A DNA stretch of 64,000 bases from an uncultured Planctomycetota bacterium (GTDB lineage Bacteria > Planctomycetota > Planctomycetia > Isosphaerales > Isosphaeraceae), in contig CAWGMQ010000005.1 in assembly GCA_963823665.1 (NCBI GenBank), forward strand, positions 32,001 to 96,000, written 5' to 3'. The notes beneath the pieces were generated by a model. It was not told where the DNA came from. It searched no databases and saw only the letters and a program-made list of their open reading frames with translations. A program made the position numbers and the translations under genes. Shown in pieces: positions 24,642 to 35,661 of this stretch (its first letter is position 1; each line of letters starts with the position of its first letter).

Positions 24642-26008
24642 GGATTTCCTCGCCGGCTAATTACGAACAAGTGAATCGCATCCAAGCCCCAGATCTCGAA
24701 CATCACTTGCAATCCCAGGAGAGGCAAAGCATAGCGCCTGTAATACGCCACCAGCACATAAGGCGTGAGGTAAGTTACGAACACGACGAGGGCAATGCGG
24801 GGGAGAGGATCGCGCAGCCACCGGCCCGAGAGGACCATCGCCAGGAGCCCGAGAAACGGCAGCGTGTAAAGCAGTGAGCGGACCAGGACGCGGCCTCGGC
24901 CTTCGCCGACGACGAATGAGTAATAGACGCACGTCGCCGCCAGCAGCCGGTTCTTGACCCGAATGAGATACGCCACGGGGTCTCTGCGGATCGCTTCGGC
25001 CGCTCTGGTCCGGTACTCATCGAGGTAGGCCATCTCTCCGAGCTTGGCGTAGCGAGACCGTTCCGTCCCGGCGGTTTGAAAAGGGTGCGTGTGCCACGTT
25101 TCGTCACGGAGCACTCCGGTGGGCTCGAGGGTATTTGACTGATAGAATTCGAACGGCAGGTTGGACTTCACCGGGATGAAACGCCCAAAGACGATGGCGT
25201 TGCGGACAATCCAGGGAGTCATGACGGTGCCGGCGACGAGAATCGAAGCGAACACGGGTCGAATCTGTCGCGATGATCGGCCGAGCAGAACGGAGAGTGC
25301 GAGCCAGGGCAGGCCGAGCGCGGGGCTGGCCGAGGCCGCAATCCCTCCGAGCAATCCCCAGCCGACTGAACTGCGCCAGCCGATCGGACGGGCCCAGAGA
25401 CGATCGGCAACGTAGACCAGCATCCCCACCAGCAACATGACAAGCCAGGCGTCGTGGGTGAACTGATAGCAGCTCGAGAAGTACGACCATGTTGTTGCGA
25501 AGTAGAGGATGCACGCGACGGCAGGCGCGCGCGGCGAACGGCACCGCGCCGCGGCGCGCATCACGAGCCATCCTGTGAAAACCAGGGCCAAGTTCTGCAG
25601 GAAGGCGACCATGATGACGGTGAGCTTGATTCCGCCTAGCGCCAGGAGGAATGCCTGAAGCGAGGGAAGAACCGGCGCCATCCATGCCGTCGGCCCGGTG
25701 CGATCGTGAAAAGGATCGGCAAACCCACGGCCGGCGACCAGTGCTTCTGCAATCGAGCGGTGCTCGCCGCCCAGATGGTCGAGTAGGCTCAGGTCCTGGC
25801 CATTAAATGGAGGTACATATCTGTAAAGGCGATTCAAACCCAGAGCGTGGGGAAGGCTTGCGTAGAGCGATGTGCCAAAAACAGCGACCGCGAGGAGGAC
25901 GGTCAAGCGCGTGAGCAGGCGTTGCGTGCTCGACCAAGACGGGACACTTGAATGAGGGGCATCGGTTCTGAGCATCGCACAGAGCCTTTCGGTCCTGTCT
26001 TGTTCCAC
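24608..26008 (-). CDS. Polytopic membrane glycosyltransferase (GT-C / ArnT-PMT-like)
   Basis: Many TM segments; IAEALVAGRGFADPF..TGPTAWMAP, PWIVRNAIVFGRFIPVKSN and RYALP motifs. Confidence 0.75.
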   Translation of the reverse strand: MEQDRTERLCAMLRTDAPHSSVPSWSSTQRLLTRLTVLLAVAVFGTSLYASLPHALGLNRLYRYVPPFNGQDLSLLDHLGGEHRSIAEALVAGRGFADPFHDRTGPTAWMAPVLPSLQAFLLALGGIKLTVIMVAFLQNLALVFTGWLVMRAAARCRSPRAPAVACILYFATTWSYFSSCYQFTHDAWLVMLLVGMLVYVADRLWARPIGWRSSVGWGLLGGIAASASPALGLPWLALSVLLGRSSRQIRPVFASILVAGTVMTPWIVRNAIVFGRFIPVKSNLPFEFYQSNTLEPTGVLRDETWHTHPFQTAGTERSRYAKLGEMAYLDEYRTRAAEAIRRDPVAYLIRVKNRLLAATCVYYSFVVGEGRGRVLVRSLLYTLPFLGLLAMVLSGRWLRDPLPRIALVVFVTYLTPYVLVAYYRRYALPLLGLQVMFEIWGLDAIHLFVISRRGNPCFERTTVSPP

Positions 26009-26449
26009 CTCCTTGGATTAGCGTGTGGCCAGATTGATCCCGCAGATTCGCCGGCGGATCTCCGAGGGATACCGATGAATCCATCCGAGACCCCGAGGTG
26101 CGGCGGCTGAGCCCGCAATGAGCAACCCGGAGGCGCATCCGGTCGACGTGAGCGCTCGATCGCATGCTGAACCCCTGGTATCGTCACCGGCAGTTTGCGA
26201 GAGTCTATTATGACAGCCTAATTTAACGAGTACAAGATTCTTGCGCGGGCATGTTGTGTGAAGTCAACGTAGATGACCCAAGGTGGCCGCCATTCCTGGC
26301 AGAACGGTGCGGTCCACCGCCAGGTTCGGCATCGAATTCCGGCGGCGTCATCCCGTAAATGGCACGACCCTTTTTCCACCGGCGAACGCGCGATCTCGCT
26401 CGCTGAGCAGCCGCTTTTTCTGTCCCGCAGGATCTCGACGCATTCCACT

Positions 26450-28051
26450 TTACAGCTCCCAGCCCGGGCGGTAGTCGCGGGTGAGAAGTTTGTTCGCCTC
26501 TGAGATATTCGTGATCTTCACGCTCGAGGAATCAAACAGGAGTCTGCGGCCGCCGAGCCGCAGTGAGATACCGGCCAGGTTGACGGCGTCGGATATCGGA
26601 CCGGCGAGCTGGAAATCGCCAAAGCTCGCTGGGCCTCCCTTGAAGGCGGTGATCCATGCGGCGTTGCGACCCGCGGGGTTGCCGCCCTGGCGAGCCCCGC
26701 GCTGGCGTGGAGCCGGCTCGGGCAAGTTATGCATCTTTCGATAGGCGCGCATGTTCGATTCGGGAATGAGCTGCGGGTTTTCGCTGCGGAAGCCGCCCAG
26801 GATTTTCCCCTTGTCGCCGACGAACATCATGCCCTCTTCGGCGAGTTCCTGGTTCACCGCCATGAGCTCTTCGGGCACGGGCGGTTTGATGCCGCCGTCG
26901 TACCAGAAGATGTCCAGGGCGGGGCGATCGCCGTTGGGTGCGAAGCGCATGCGAACCGTGCAGGCGGCGGGAAACGAGTAGTCGTTCTTGATGCGGTCGC
27001 AGATACCGTCAGAAACCGTGCAGATGTGGCTGGGAGTTGATTCGACGCTCATTGGAGAATCCAGGTCAAGAAGCTGAAAGATCGGCCAGAGGCTGTAATG
27101 ACCCATGTCGGCGAGCGAGCCGCCGCCGAACTCAAACCAGCCGCGAAAATTGGTGTGGGTGTAATTCGGGTGATAGGGGCGGTCTAGCGACGGCCCGAGC
27201 CAGAGAGTCCAGTCGAATCCTGCGGGGACGGGAGGCGCGTCGGCGGGCAAGGTCGGGAACTGGGGCCACATCGGGCGCATCGACCAGTTGTGGATCTCGC
27301 GAAGCGTTCCGATGGCGCCGTTCTTCACCATCTCGAGCGCCTGTTTCTGACCGGCGCCTTCACTGGCCGGCAGGAAATGGGTGGCGATTTTTTTTGCGCG
27401 GGCGGCCTCGATGACTTTTCTTGCCTCGAGCAGACGATTCGCGAGAGGTTTGTGGACGATCACATTCTTTCCCTTGTTGAGGGCGGCGATCGAAATGGTG
27501 GCGTGGGTGTGGTCGGGGGTCATGACTTTGACCGCCGTGACATCCTTCTCTTTATCGAGGAGCTCGCGAAAGTCGGCGTATGTGGCACAACTTTTATAGT
27601 GATCTTTGCCGCGCTCTTTGGCGTAGTAGGTCTCGACGATCTCCTTGCCGACGTCACGGCCGCCGGGGGTGCGGCTCGTTCCTTCGCGCCAGGATGGGTT
27701 ACCGATCAAACGCCGGATTCCGTTGCGGATGTCGTTCTTGGCCCATTCGAGGTAATTGACGCCGTCTTTCTCGACGTCGCACACGGCGACGATCTGGACG
27801 TCGGGGCTGGCGAGGATTCCGCCGACTTCACGGATGGCCTGAGTTCCGAAGCCGATGCAGGCGAGGGTGATCTTCTCGCTGGGCGGGATGAATCCGGCGC
27901 CGCCCAGGACGTGGCGGGGGACGATGGTGAACGTGGCGGCCGCTGCAGCCGCGCCGCCGGCGAGCATCAACTGGCGGCGGGAGAGGCTGGGGGAAGAAGT
28001 GGGATTGGTGGTGATTTCTGTGTTGGTGGACACGGAATCTTTGGTGTTCAT
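26450..28051 (-). CDS. Gfo/Idh/MocA family oxidoreductase with Tat signal
   Basis: SRRQL twin-Arg signal, IGFGTQA, TPDHTH, HKPLA, GGGSLADMGHY. Confidence 0.92.
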   Translation of the reverse strand: MNTKDSVSTNTEITTNPTSSPSLSRRQLMLAGGAAAAAATFTIVPRHVLGGAGFIPPSEKITLACIGFGTQAIREVGGILASPDVQIVAVCDVEKDGVNYLEWAKNDIRNGIRRLIGNPSWREGTSRTPGGRDVGKEIVETYYAKERGKDHYKSCATYADFRELLDKEKDVTAVKVMTPDHTHATISIAALNKGKNVIVHKPLANRLLEARKVIEAARAKKIATHFLPASEGAGQKQALEMVKNGAIGTLREIHNWSMRPMWPQFPTLPADAPPVPAGFDWTLWLGPSLDRPYHPNYTHTNFRGWFEFGGGSLADMGHYSLWPIFQLLDLDSPMSVESTPSHICTVSDGICDRIKNDYSFPAACTVRMRFAPNGDRPALDIFWYDGGIKPPVPEELMAVNQELAEEGMMFVGDKGKILGGFRSENPQLIPESNMRAYRKMHNLPEPAPRQRGARQGGNPAGRNAAWITAFKGGPASFGDFQLAGPISDAVNLAGISLRLGGRRLLFDSSSVKITNISEANKLLTRDYRPGWEL

Positions 28052-28281
28052 GGGGAAGACCTCGGACTTTTCGTGGGGAGGTGGTGTGGCAAGAGTGTGT
28101 CCGGGCGCGGTTCCGGTTCTTTCTCGATGCTGTTGTCGAGATATCTGGCTATGCTCATTTCCAGCCGGTCCTGGAGCTGGCGCTCACGGCGAGACGCCCG
28201 CTCCTGTTGCACGACCAAGGCAATGCACAGGGCCGCGATCACGATCAAGAGCATGAGGGTGCTCAACCGCAGTCGTTTCAT
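28048..28281 (-). CDS. Small membrane-anchored protein (planctomycete RLSTLMLLIV type)
   Basis: MKRLRLSTLMLLIVIAALCIALVVQ hydrophobic N-terminus; its stop overlaps the oxidoreductase start (ATGA). Confidence 0.65.
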   Translation of the reverse strand: MKRLRLSTLMLLIVIAALCIALVVQQERASRRERQLQDRLEMSIARYLDNSIEKEPEPRPDTLLPHHLPTKSPRSSP

Positions 28282-28285
28282 GGCA

Positions 28286-29796
28286 TCACCCCGATTGGTT
28301 CTCGGCGGCAACTGCGGAGACCTCCTGGTTCCAGTACGATGGCAAGGCGTCATACGGGTTGGCGCCTGTCAGGTCGGTGATGTAAATCGAGCCGACGTCG
28401 AGCTGTACCGCCATGCTCAAGTCGGCCAGCATCACTGAGCTTTGGTTGGGATCGCCGGTATTCGCCGCGGCATCATAGATCGTGTTCCAGAACCGATTGC
28501 TCGGGGAGCTCTCGTACCAGGTCTGGCCCGTGGGATACGCGGCGTACGCTCCACTGGTGCCCTCGAACAAGTTGAAGACATCCGCCGTCCCCAGATAATC
28601 CTGTGGCGATACGCCGTTCAAGTAAGGCTGACCGGGGTTGGCAAGCACGGTGTACGATGGGCTCAAACCCTTGATGTAACTATGAAGAGCCACGTAATAG
28701 GAAATCGTGCTCGGAGTAATCAGCGTACCATCGAGAAGGAAACCGCTCAACAAGCTTCCATATTGCGAGATATACGTGGAAATCTCGCCTTCGACCGTGT
28801 TCAAGGGGGCAGTACCGTCGGCATTTCCGTTCTCCGTGTAAACATAAGCGACGACCTTGCCGCCGGCGGCCTCGAGCTGCGTGAAGGCGGCGGTGTAGGC
28901 GGAGTTTGCGGGGCCAGCAGCCGGGCCGCTGTTCGGGTTGAAGATCGCCGTGATCGGGACCTTCGCGGCCGCGACGGCCATCGCGGCCCAGCCGTCACCC
29001 ACACCGCCAGGACCTCCCGTGCCCGGGGCGAAATACGATGGGACGATGATGCCCACCGAACTTTCCCTGGCGCCTGCGCCGTGACGTTGATGAAAACCGC
29101 CTCTGTCACGGCGGGATAGTCGGCCGTGTCGGCCGGGGTGAAGATCACCGAGAGCTTCTGACCGTTTCCCGCGGCAAGCACGGTGCCCTGCCCCGGGTTA
29201 TAGCTGAAGGTGCCGGGCACGGTGGCCGTCGCATCCAACTGGGCAGGTCCCAGCGCCGTGCCCACCGTGATACTCGCCGGGTCGGACCACGTTACCGCCG
29301 GTGGCGGCACGAGACCATTCGACGCTGTGAACCGCTGCCGGACCTGCTGGCGAGCGTTGCCTGCAGCGAGCAGCCCCTGCCAGTATGCGACGCCGACGGA
29401 AGTTTGCGACCGTCCGGCGATCGTCACGTAAAGCGCCGTCACGAACGTCTGGCCCGTGATGTCCTTGCCCTTCTTCGAAGTGACGGCCTTGAAATCGGCC
29501 GTGAGCGTCTTGTGGCTCGTGCCCATTGCCAGTTGCTCGAGCAGGTAGCTCGACTCCTGCGCATCCGGAGGGCGGTGGAAATAGGTCTTGTACAGAGAAT
29601 TGACGAACTTGAGCTGCTTGTTGACCCTCGCTGCCTCTGGCAAATGCGACTGGATCTCGCCGCCTTTTGGCTCGGGCCGAACCCAGTCCATGACCGGGGC
29701 AGCGACACCCTTCAGGGAAAGCAACACGCGGTGCTCGAGCCCGATCACAGACAGTGCGAATCGACGTGTCGTGCGGCGATCAAGAGATTGCAACAT
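28286..29796 (-). CDS. Secreted spherulation-specific family 4 (GH135-like) protein with N-terminal LExRxLL, DUF4214-like and Ig-like modules (frameshift ~29060)
   Basis: GLEHRVLLS export motif, VNSLYKTYFHRPPD / VTALY..IAGR..GVAYW repeats; after the shift GIIVPSYF, IFNPNSGP, VAYVYT, ANPG, FEG, YITD..NPYDALPSYW. Confidence 0.85.
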
Positions 29797-30031
29797 GGTA
29801 GCCTCACTTACTTTCGATGATGATCGCGCCGTGCCACTGGACGGCGGGAGACTTCATGCTATCATGGGGCCATTATACTCGGGTGCAGAATCGGATGCTC
29901 CCGAGTGAATGGCCGAGGTGCTCGTCCGGAGGCCCGGTGCCTCCGCAGGCGATCGAGCGCCCTGGCTCGTTGGCGGCGTGGTTGCATCCTGGCCAGGGAA
30001 GGCTGTCTCATCTTTGCGGAGAATCCCGTCG

Positions 30032-31671
30032 ATGATTTTGACATTCCTGGCCTTGGCGGCGCTGTTGCAGACACCGAAGGACGACGACGCACCGAAATGG
30101 GAAACTTATACATCGGCGGCCGGGTTCTCGGTGGCCGTGCCGGGGGTTCCGGTCGAGCAGAAGAAGAAAGTTGGTGCTTCGAACGAGAGCGTCACACTGA
30201 TTTCGAAGGGGGGCGACTCGGTCTATATGGTGATCAGGATCGACAACGAAAAACCGGTCCCCAAGGCGATGGAGAGCCAGTTCTTCAAGGAAGTGCGGCA
30301 GGGGTTGGATACTACCGCAAAAGTATCAAGCGAGAAGAAGATTGCGCACGCCGGCCGTGCCGGCGGCGAGTACGTCTACGAGATTAAAGGGCAAGGCGGC
30401 GAGACCCTGGTGGTGAACTCTCGATACATCCTGATGAGTCCGGAAGTCACGTACAACATGCAGATCATCCGGGCCAAGGACAAGCCCGCCGCGGGCGCCA
30501 AGGAGATGGCAGCTTTCTTCGATTCGCTCAAGATCGTCGACCTGGCAACCGCGGCCAAGATGGCCAACTCGAAACTGGCGTTCAAGGCATTCGCGCCCAA
30601 GGGTATGGGCTTCTCGATTCTGATGCCCGGCAAGCCCGAAGAGACGACCAAAGAGAACAAGACGGAAAAAGGCTCATTCAACCTCCGCACGTATGAATGC
30701 GCGGCGCTGCCGGTTCGTATTCCGTTTCGGTGCTGGAGTACGGCCCGGAGGTGGGCAACGCGGCCGCCGCAACCAAGACCGAGATGCTGCTGCGAATGTG
30801 CGACGCCCTGGTGACCCAGGACAAAGGTGAGACCGCCCAGCAGCAATCGACTGAGTTCCAGGGCTTCCCGGCGCGGATGATCCGTTGGAAATTCTCGGTT
30901 CCGGGCGTGAACGCGGTGCGCGTGGCCGAATGCCGGGCCGTGATGGCGGGCGCCAAGGTGTTCCTCGTCATGGTCAAGTGTCCGCAAGATCTGGTTGACC
31001 CGGCGGACCCTGACAAGTTCTTCGAGTCGTTCAAGCTGACAGACGCCAAGGCCACGGCAGTTGCGTCGGCTGATCCGGCACCAGCGGCTGCGGCTAATCG
31101 AGGCCGGCCGGCGACCGCGCCCAGGCTGGCCGGCCGCATGCCGGCCAAGGGTGCCGCGGCAAATCGTGCGGGCCGTGTGGCCGCAGCCCCTCGGCCTCCT
31201 CGGCCGGAACGGATCTCGTGGAAGCGCTATAACTCGGCCGCCGGAGGCTTCAACATCAACATGCCGGGCGAGCCGACGCCCAGCCACGAGGACGACGGCC
31301 TGCTTGGCTCGAAGGGGGTGGAGATTCTCACCGCGGAGCACGAGGAGAGCCGGTTCATCGTGCAGTATCAGGATCTCAGCCGCACGGCACAGAAGAAGGG
31401 ATCCTCGGGGGTCCTCAAGGCGGCCCGCGCCAGTGACGAGAAGGTGATCAGCGGCAAGGTGGTGGGCGAAAAAGAGGCGATGCTCAAGGGAGCGGTGGGT
31501 TGGTCCTACCAGATCGAATCGCCTGAGCCGGACGGCCCCATGGCGCGGATACGGTCCTATGTGGTCGGGACCCGGCTTTATCAGATCATCGTCGTTGCGC
31601 CCAAGACCAAGTTCCCGACCGACGACAGCGAGCGGTTCCTCAGCTCCTTCAAACTTCAGGCTCGCAACTGA
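30032..31671 (+). CDS. Secreted protein with three PsbP/DUF1795-like domains (frameshift ~30705)
   Basis: Signal peptide; three repeats starting (W/F)..(Y/F)...GF.(V/I).(V/M)PG.P and ending F(F/L)xS(L/F)K; Ala/Pro/Arg linker. Confidence 0.7.
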
Positions 31672-31687
31672 CAACCGAGCAGGCACG

Positions 31688-34679
31688 ATGATGACTTTCA
31701 CACGCTCTATCGGCTGGGCCGGCTTCTTCGCCGGCCTTGCTCTTTCGTGGGGCTCTGCGGCGCGGGCCCAGGACAGAACTCCTTTCCCCGCGCTCTCCGA
31801 CAAGCACGTGTATGTTTCCGGAGTGCCCGATCGCTATCGGGCGCTCGAATCACAAATCAACCAGCTCGAGCGATCCTCGCCCCAGACGTACTACGTCGCC
31901 GTGGTCAAGAAAGCCGGCTCCGGACCGAAAGCCGCGACGCACTACGCCGAAGAGCTGTTCGATCTCTGGCGCAGCCAGGCTGCCAAGAGCGGGCGAGATT
32001 TCGACGCAGATCGCTCGATCCTGATCGTGCTGGCCGTCGACAACAGCCAGATTGCCGTTCATCCCGGCGCCCTTCTGCGGAACCAGTTTGGACTGACGCC
32101 TGCCAGGATCGAGCGCGATCTCATCCGGGACGTGTTCATTCCGTTCGCAGAGAAGGAGCAGTACCCCGAGGGGCTTGCCGCGCTCATTTCGGGTCTTCTC
32201 AACCAGACGAACGACGCGATTGCTGCTCGCGATCATCTGACGGCGCGTGCGCCAGTGAAGATCACGGCGTCTGGTTCGAGCAAAAGCAAGGCGCAGACCA
32301 AAACGGCGGGCGGCACACGGAGTGTGCCTGCTGCGACGCGCGAGCCGCAGGCGCCGGTTGTGCAGCGAGAGCTTCCTGACAAAGCGGTGACTGAGCAACC
32401 TGTTCTGCCGGTGCGCTCGTCGTCGAATTGGATGACGGGCCTGACCGTCGTGGTTCCAATGGTGGGGACCGTATTGCTCTTGATCGTTGGTGCGCTCTGG
32501 TGGGGATATCGCCGCACGCGATCGCGCGTGGCCGGGCGGATCAAGGATGTGAAATCGAAGGCGGTCGATGTGATGGATCACCTCGACGCGCTCAAGGAAC
32601 GGATCAAGCTGCTGCCGGCCTCGCCCGAATTTCGTGAGCCCATGACCGGCGAGACGCAGGCGCTTTATCAATCGGCCAAGCAATCGAGCGACAACATCTG
32701 GGACGGGTGGCTTCAGATCATGGAGGTGCTGGACAAGGCAGAGAAGCTCGCGGCGAAGTCGGGCTCGTTATTCTCCCAGGCGGCGCTCACCGAAGCGGAG
32801 AACCTCATCAAACAGAAGGGATCGTTTCAGGAGATCGAGAACCAGGCGGAGCAGATCGGCAAGTCGGTCGACCGGCTGGAACGCGCGCACCCGGAAGCGC
32901 ACGCCGTGCTCGATGCGGCGAGCGCCGCGCGACCCAAGCTCCTGGCGGGACTGGAAGCCCTCACCAAGCTTGACCTGCCCACCAAGCCGTATCAGGCCGA
33001 CGTCGAGGCGCAAGTCGCCGCGGAGGCGAAAGCCGGCTCGCAGATGGTTGCCGACCCGATGGGGATTCGGAAGGTGCTGGAAGAGCTGAAGGCGAAGTCG
33101 GAAAGTCTGCTCGCCCGGATCGAGCGAGTGGCGGCGCTCTGCGGGGATGTCAGGCAAGTGAAGGTCACGATCGAGACGATACGGAAACAGGTGGCGGCGC
33201 ATCGGGCTCAGGGGCTCAAGCTGCTCGAGAGTGGGGGCAACCCCGACCCGGCGCTTTCGCAGGGCGAAGCGGCGCAGGCTGAAGTGATCGCTGCCCTTCG
33301 CAACGGTGATGCCGGTCTTGGGGCTACCGCCTTGAGCACGGCCCAAGCGCGCGTTCAGGATGCCCAGACGACGATCGAACAGGTGCAAAAGGCCCGGTCT
33401 TTCTGCGATCGCGACCCTTCAGCCCGGCTGCGCGAAACCGAGCGCCTGCGCACGGCGATGTCTCAGGCCGAGTCTTATCAGGCCGATCTGGAGCGTGACT
33501 TTGCGCCCTCGTCGTGGAGCGCGGTGGGGCGAAATCTCGAGCAGGCACAGGGCCTTCTGGCGACGTTCGATCGCCAGGTGCAAGATGCTGCGCGGGCGGC
33601 CTCGAGCAGCAGCCAGGAGTATCTGAAGGGTGCGCGGACTCTCGAAGAGCTGGCCCGGCAGCAACAGATCGTGCTTCGACTCATGTCGGGGCTGGGCGAG
33701 CAGCTCAATTCGCTGGTCGCGGTGCGCAACGAGTCACGATCGTTGATCGAGCAGCTCGCAGCGAGCGAGCGAGCGGCCGAGCTTTTGATCCGCCAGAACG
33801 AGGCGGTGGTCGGACCACTGGCCGGTGAGAGCCTGGCGAAAGCGCAGCAAGTGAGGCAGGAGATCCTGCTGCGATCGGGCAGGCCCCGGCCCGACTGGCC
33901 CGCTTTGCGGCAGAGCCTCGCCGAGGCTATTGAGAATATGTCGATTGCCCAGTCGCAGGCCGAGGAGGACATCAAGAGCTTCGAGCAGTTGAACGGTGAA
34001 TTCGAAGGGGCCCGCCGGACGGCCAGCCGGGTGTACGCTCTGCTTTCCAGTCACCAGGAAGACCGGCTCGCGGCGAACCAGCATTATCAGGCTGCGGCTG
34101 ATTCGCTCGATCGGATAGCCATTTCGATGCAGGAGCCGCGGGGTATCGCGGCCTCGCTGCTGGCGCAGGTGCGAGACGCCGCGGCTGATCTCGCGCGGTC
34201 GGAGGAGCTGGCGCGCGAAGATATCCGTCTGGCTGCGCAAGCTCAGTCCGAGATCAGCGACGCTCTGCAGGCCATTCGTCAAGCTCAGGGCTACGCCGGC
34301 ATGGGGATCGGCGCCGACACCGGCGGAGCCCAATCTCAGCTCATGCAGGCCGAGCAGCTTCTGCAATCGCAGAACTACGAGCAGTCAATTCAATATGCCG
34401 GGGCCGCCACGCAGCTCGCGCGACAGGTGTACTACGCCGCGATGCAGCAAGCGATGTTGCAACAAGCCGCGGAAATGGCCGAGCAACGGAGGCGGGCTGC
34501 CCGGGCGGCCGCGCCCGCGTGGGGATGGAATCAGCTTCGGGACCGCCGCGGCGACCGCAGCAGCGGCCACGATCCTTGAGAATGCCGTGACCGCCCCACC
34601 GCCGGACCCGGGGCCTGAGCCGGAACCGGCGACAGCCGGCGGCTCCTGGGGTGGCGAAACGGCCCAGGGAAGCTGGTGA
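31688..34679 (+). CDS. TPM-domain membrane protein with long coiled-coil tail (frameshift ~34522)
   Basis: Signal peptide, TPM-like SILIVLAVDNSQIAVHPG, one TM, long Ala/Gln/Glu helical region; the shifted frame ends AGGSWGGETAQGSW, typical of TPM proteins. Confidence 0.75.
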
Positions 34680-34833
34680 AGAAACACGGGAATTTCGGTG
34701 GCTTGACCGAGGGCGCATCCTGGTCCATAATGAAGAATGTGTTGCTGGAAGCTTCAGGTTGGATGTTCTCACCCGGCCCAAGCTAGCCACCACTGTTTAC
34801 CCACCTTCTCAATCGCGTGATCGGGGTTTTGTC

Positions 34834-35377
34834 GTGAAGGGGCGGCGCATCGAACAATCACCGGGGTCGCGCATCCTGTTCGTCGGGATCGTGATTCTGA
34901 GCGTGATTCATGTGCCGCTGCCGCAGGCGGACTATCACAACGTTCGCCATCACGACGGTGCGGGCGAGGTCTGCGATCACCACGATCACTCTGCTGCGCT
35001 GGCACCCTTCGGCCGAATCGGACGCCGACGTGACGCTGCTCCACTGGCACTGGTTCCTGCCGCTGCTAGAAGGACCCGATTCGCATCAGCGTTCCGATGA
35101 CGACCACCACCGACCGGGCTCCGGCCCCGCGATTCACGCGCACGTCGGTGACGGTCTGGTACCGGAAGACTGGCAAAGCGAGCCGCTCTTTGGGACGGCG
35201 GGATCATGGCAGTTGATCGATCAACTCGCGTTCGATGGCTCGATCGCGGGTGCGGCACTTTCTGCCGACGCTTGCGATGTAAGCGATGCGCCATTGGGAG
35301 TTCTCTCGGGTCAAGCCTCCCCCGTGGAGTTAGTGTGCGCGCAGCGGACCGCTCTATTACAGCGATGGAACTGCTGA
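34834..35377 (+). CDS. His-rich putative metal-binding protein (frameshift ~34990)
   Basis: Hydrophobic N-terminal segment, then HVPLPQADYHNVRHHDG..CDHHDH-LLRWH..LHWHW..HH..IHAH; directly upstream of efflux genes. Confidence 0.65.
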
Positions 35378-35661
35378 TCTGGCCCACCCGCGCGCCCTTC
35401 TTTTTCTCTTCTACGCGCGGGCATGAGTGATCAAATCAGCCGCGCTGGCCGTCGAGCGAACGGCTTGTGCGAAAGCCGTCAACTTGTGCGGGTTGGAAGC
35501 GAGAAAGCCCGGTGGCGCGATCGCGCCGTGCTTCCTTCGCCGGGCACGCCTTCCTGGAGCCGGCGGAGTGATGAGCGAGCCGTGGCCGACTCTGGATCAC
35601 CCGTGAATATTCTCGATCGAAGGGACCTCGTCGTCTGGCGACCTTGGTGGGAGCAATTGCC

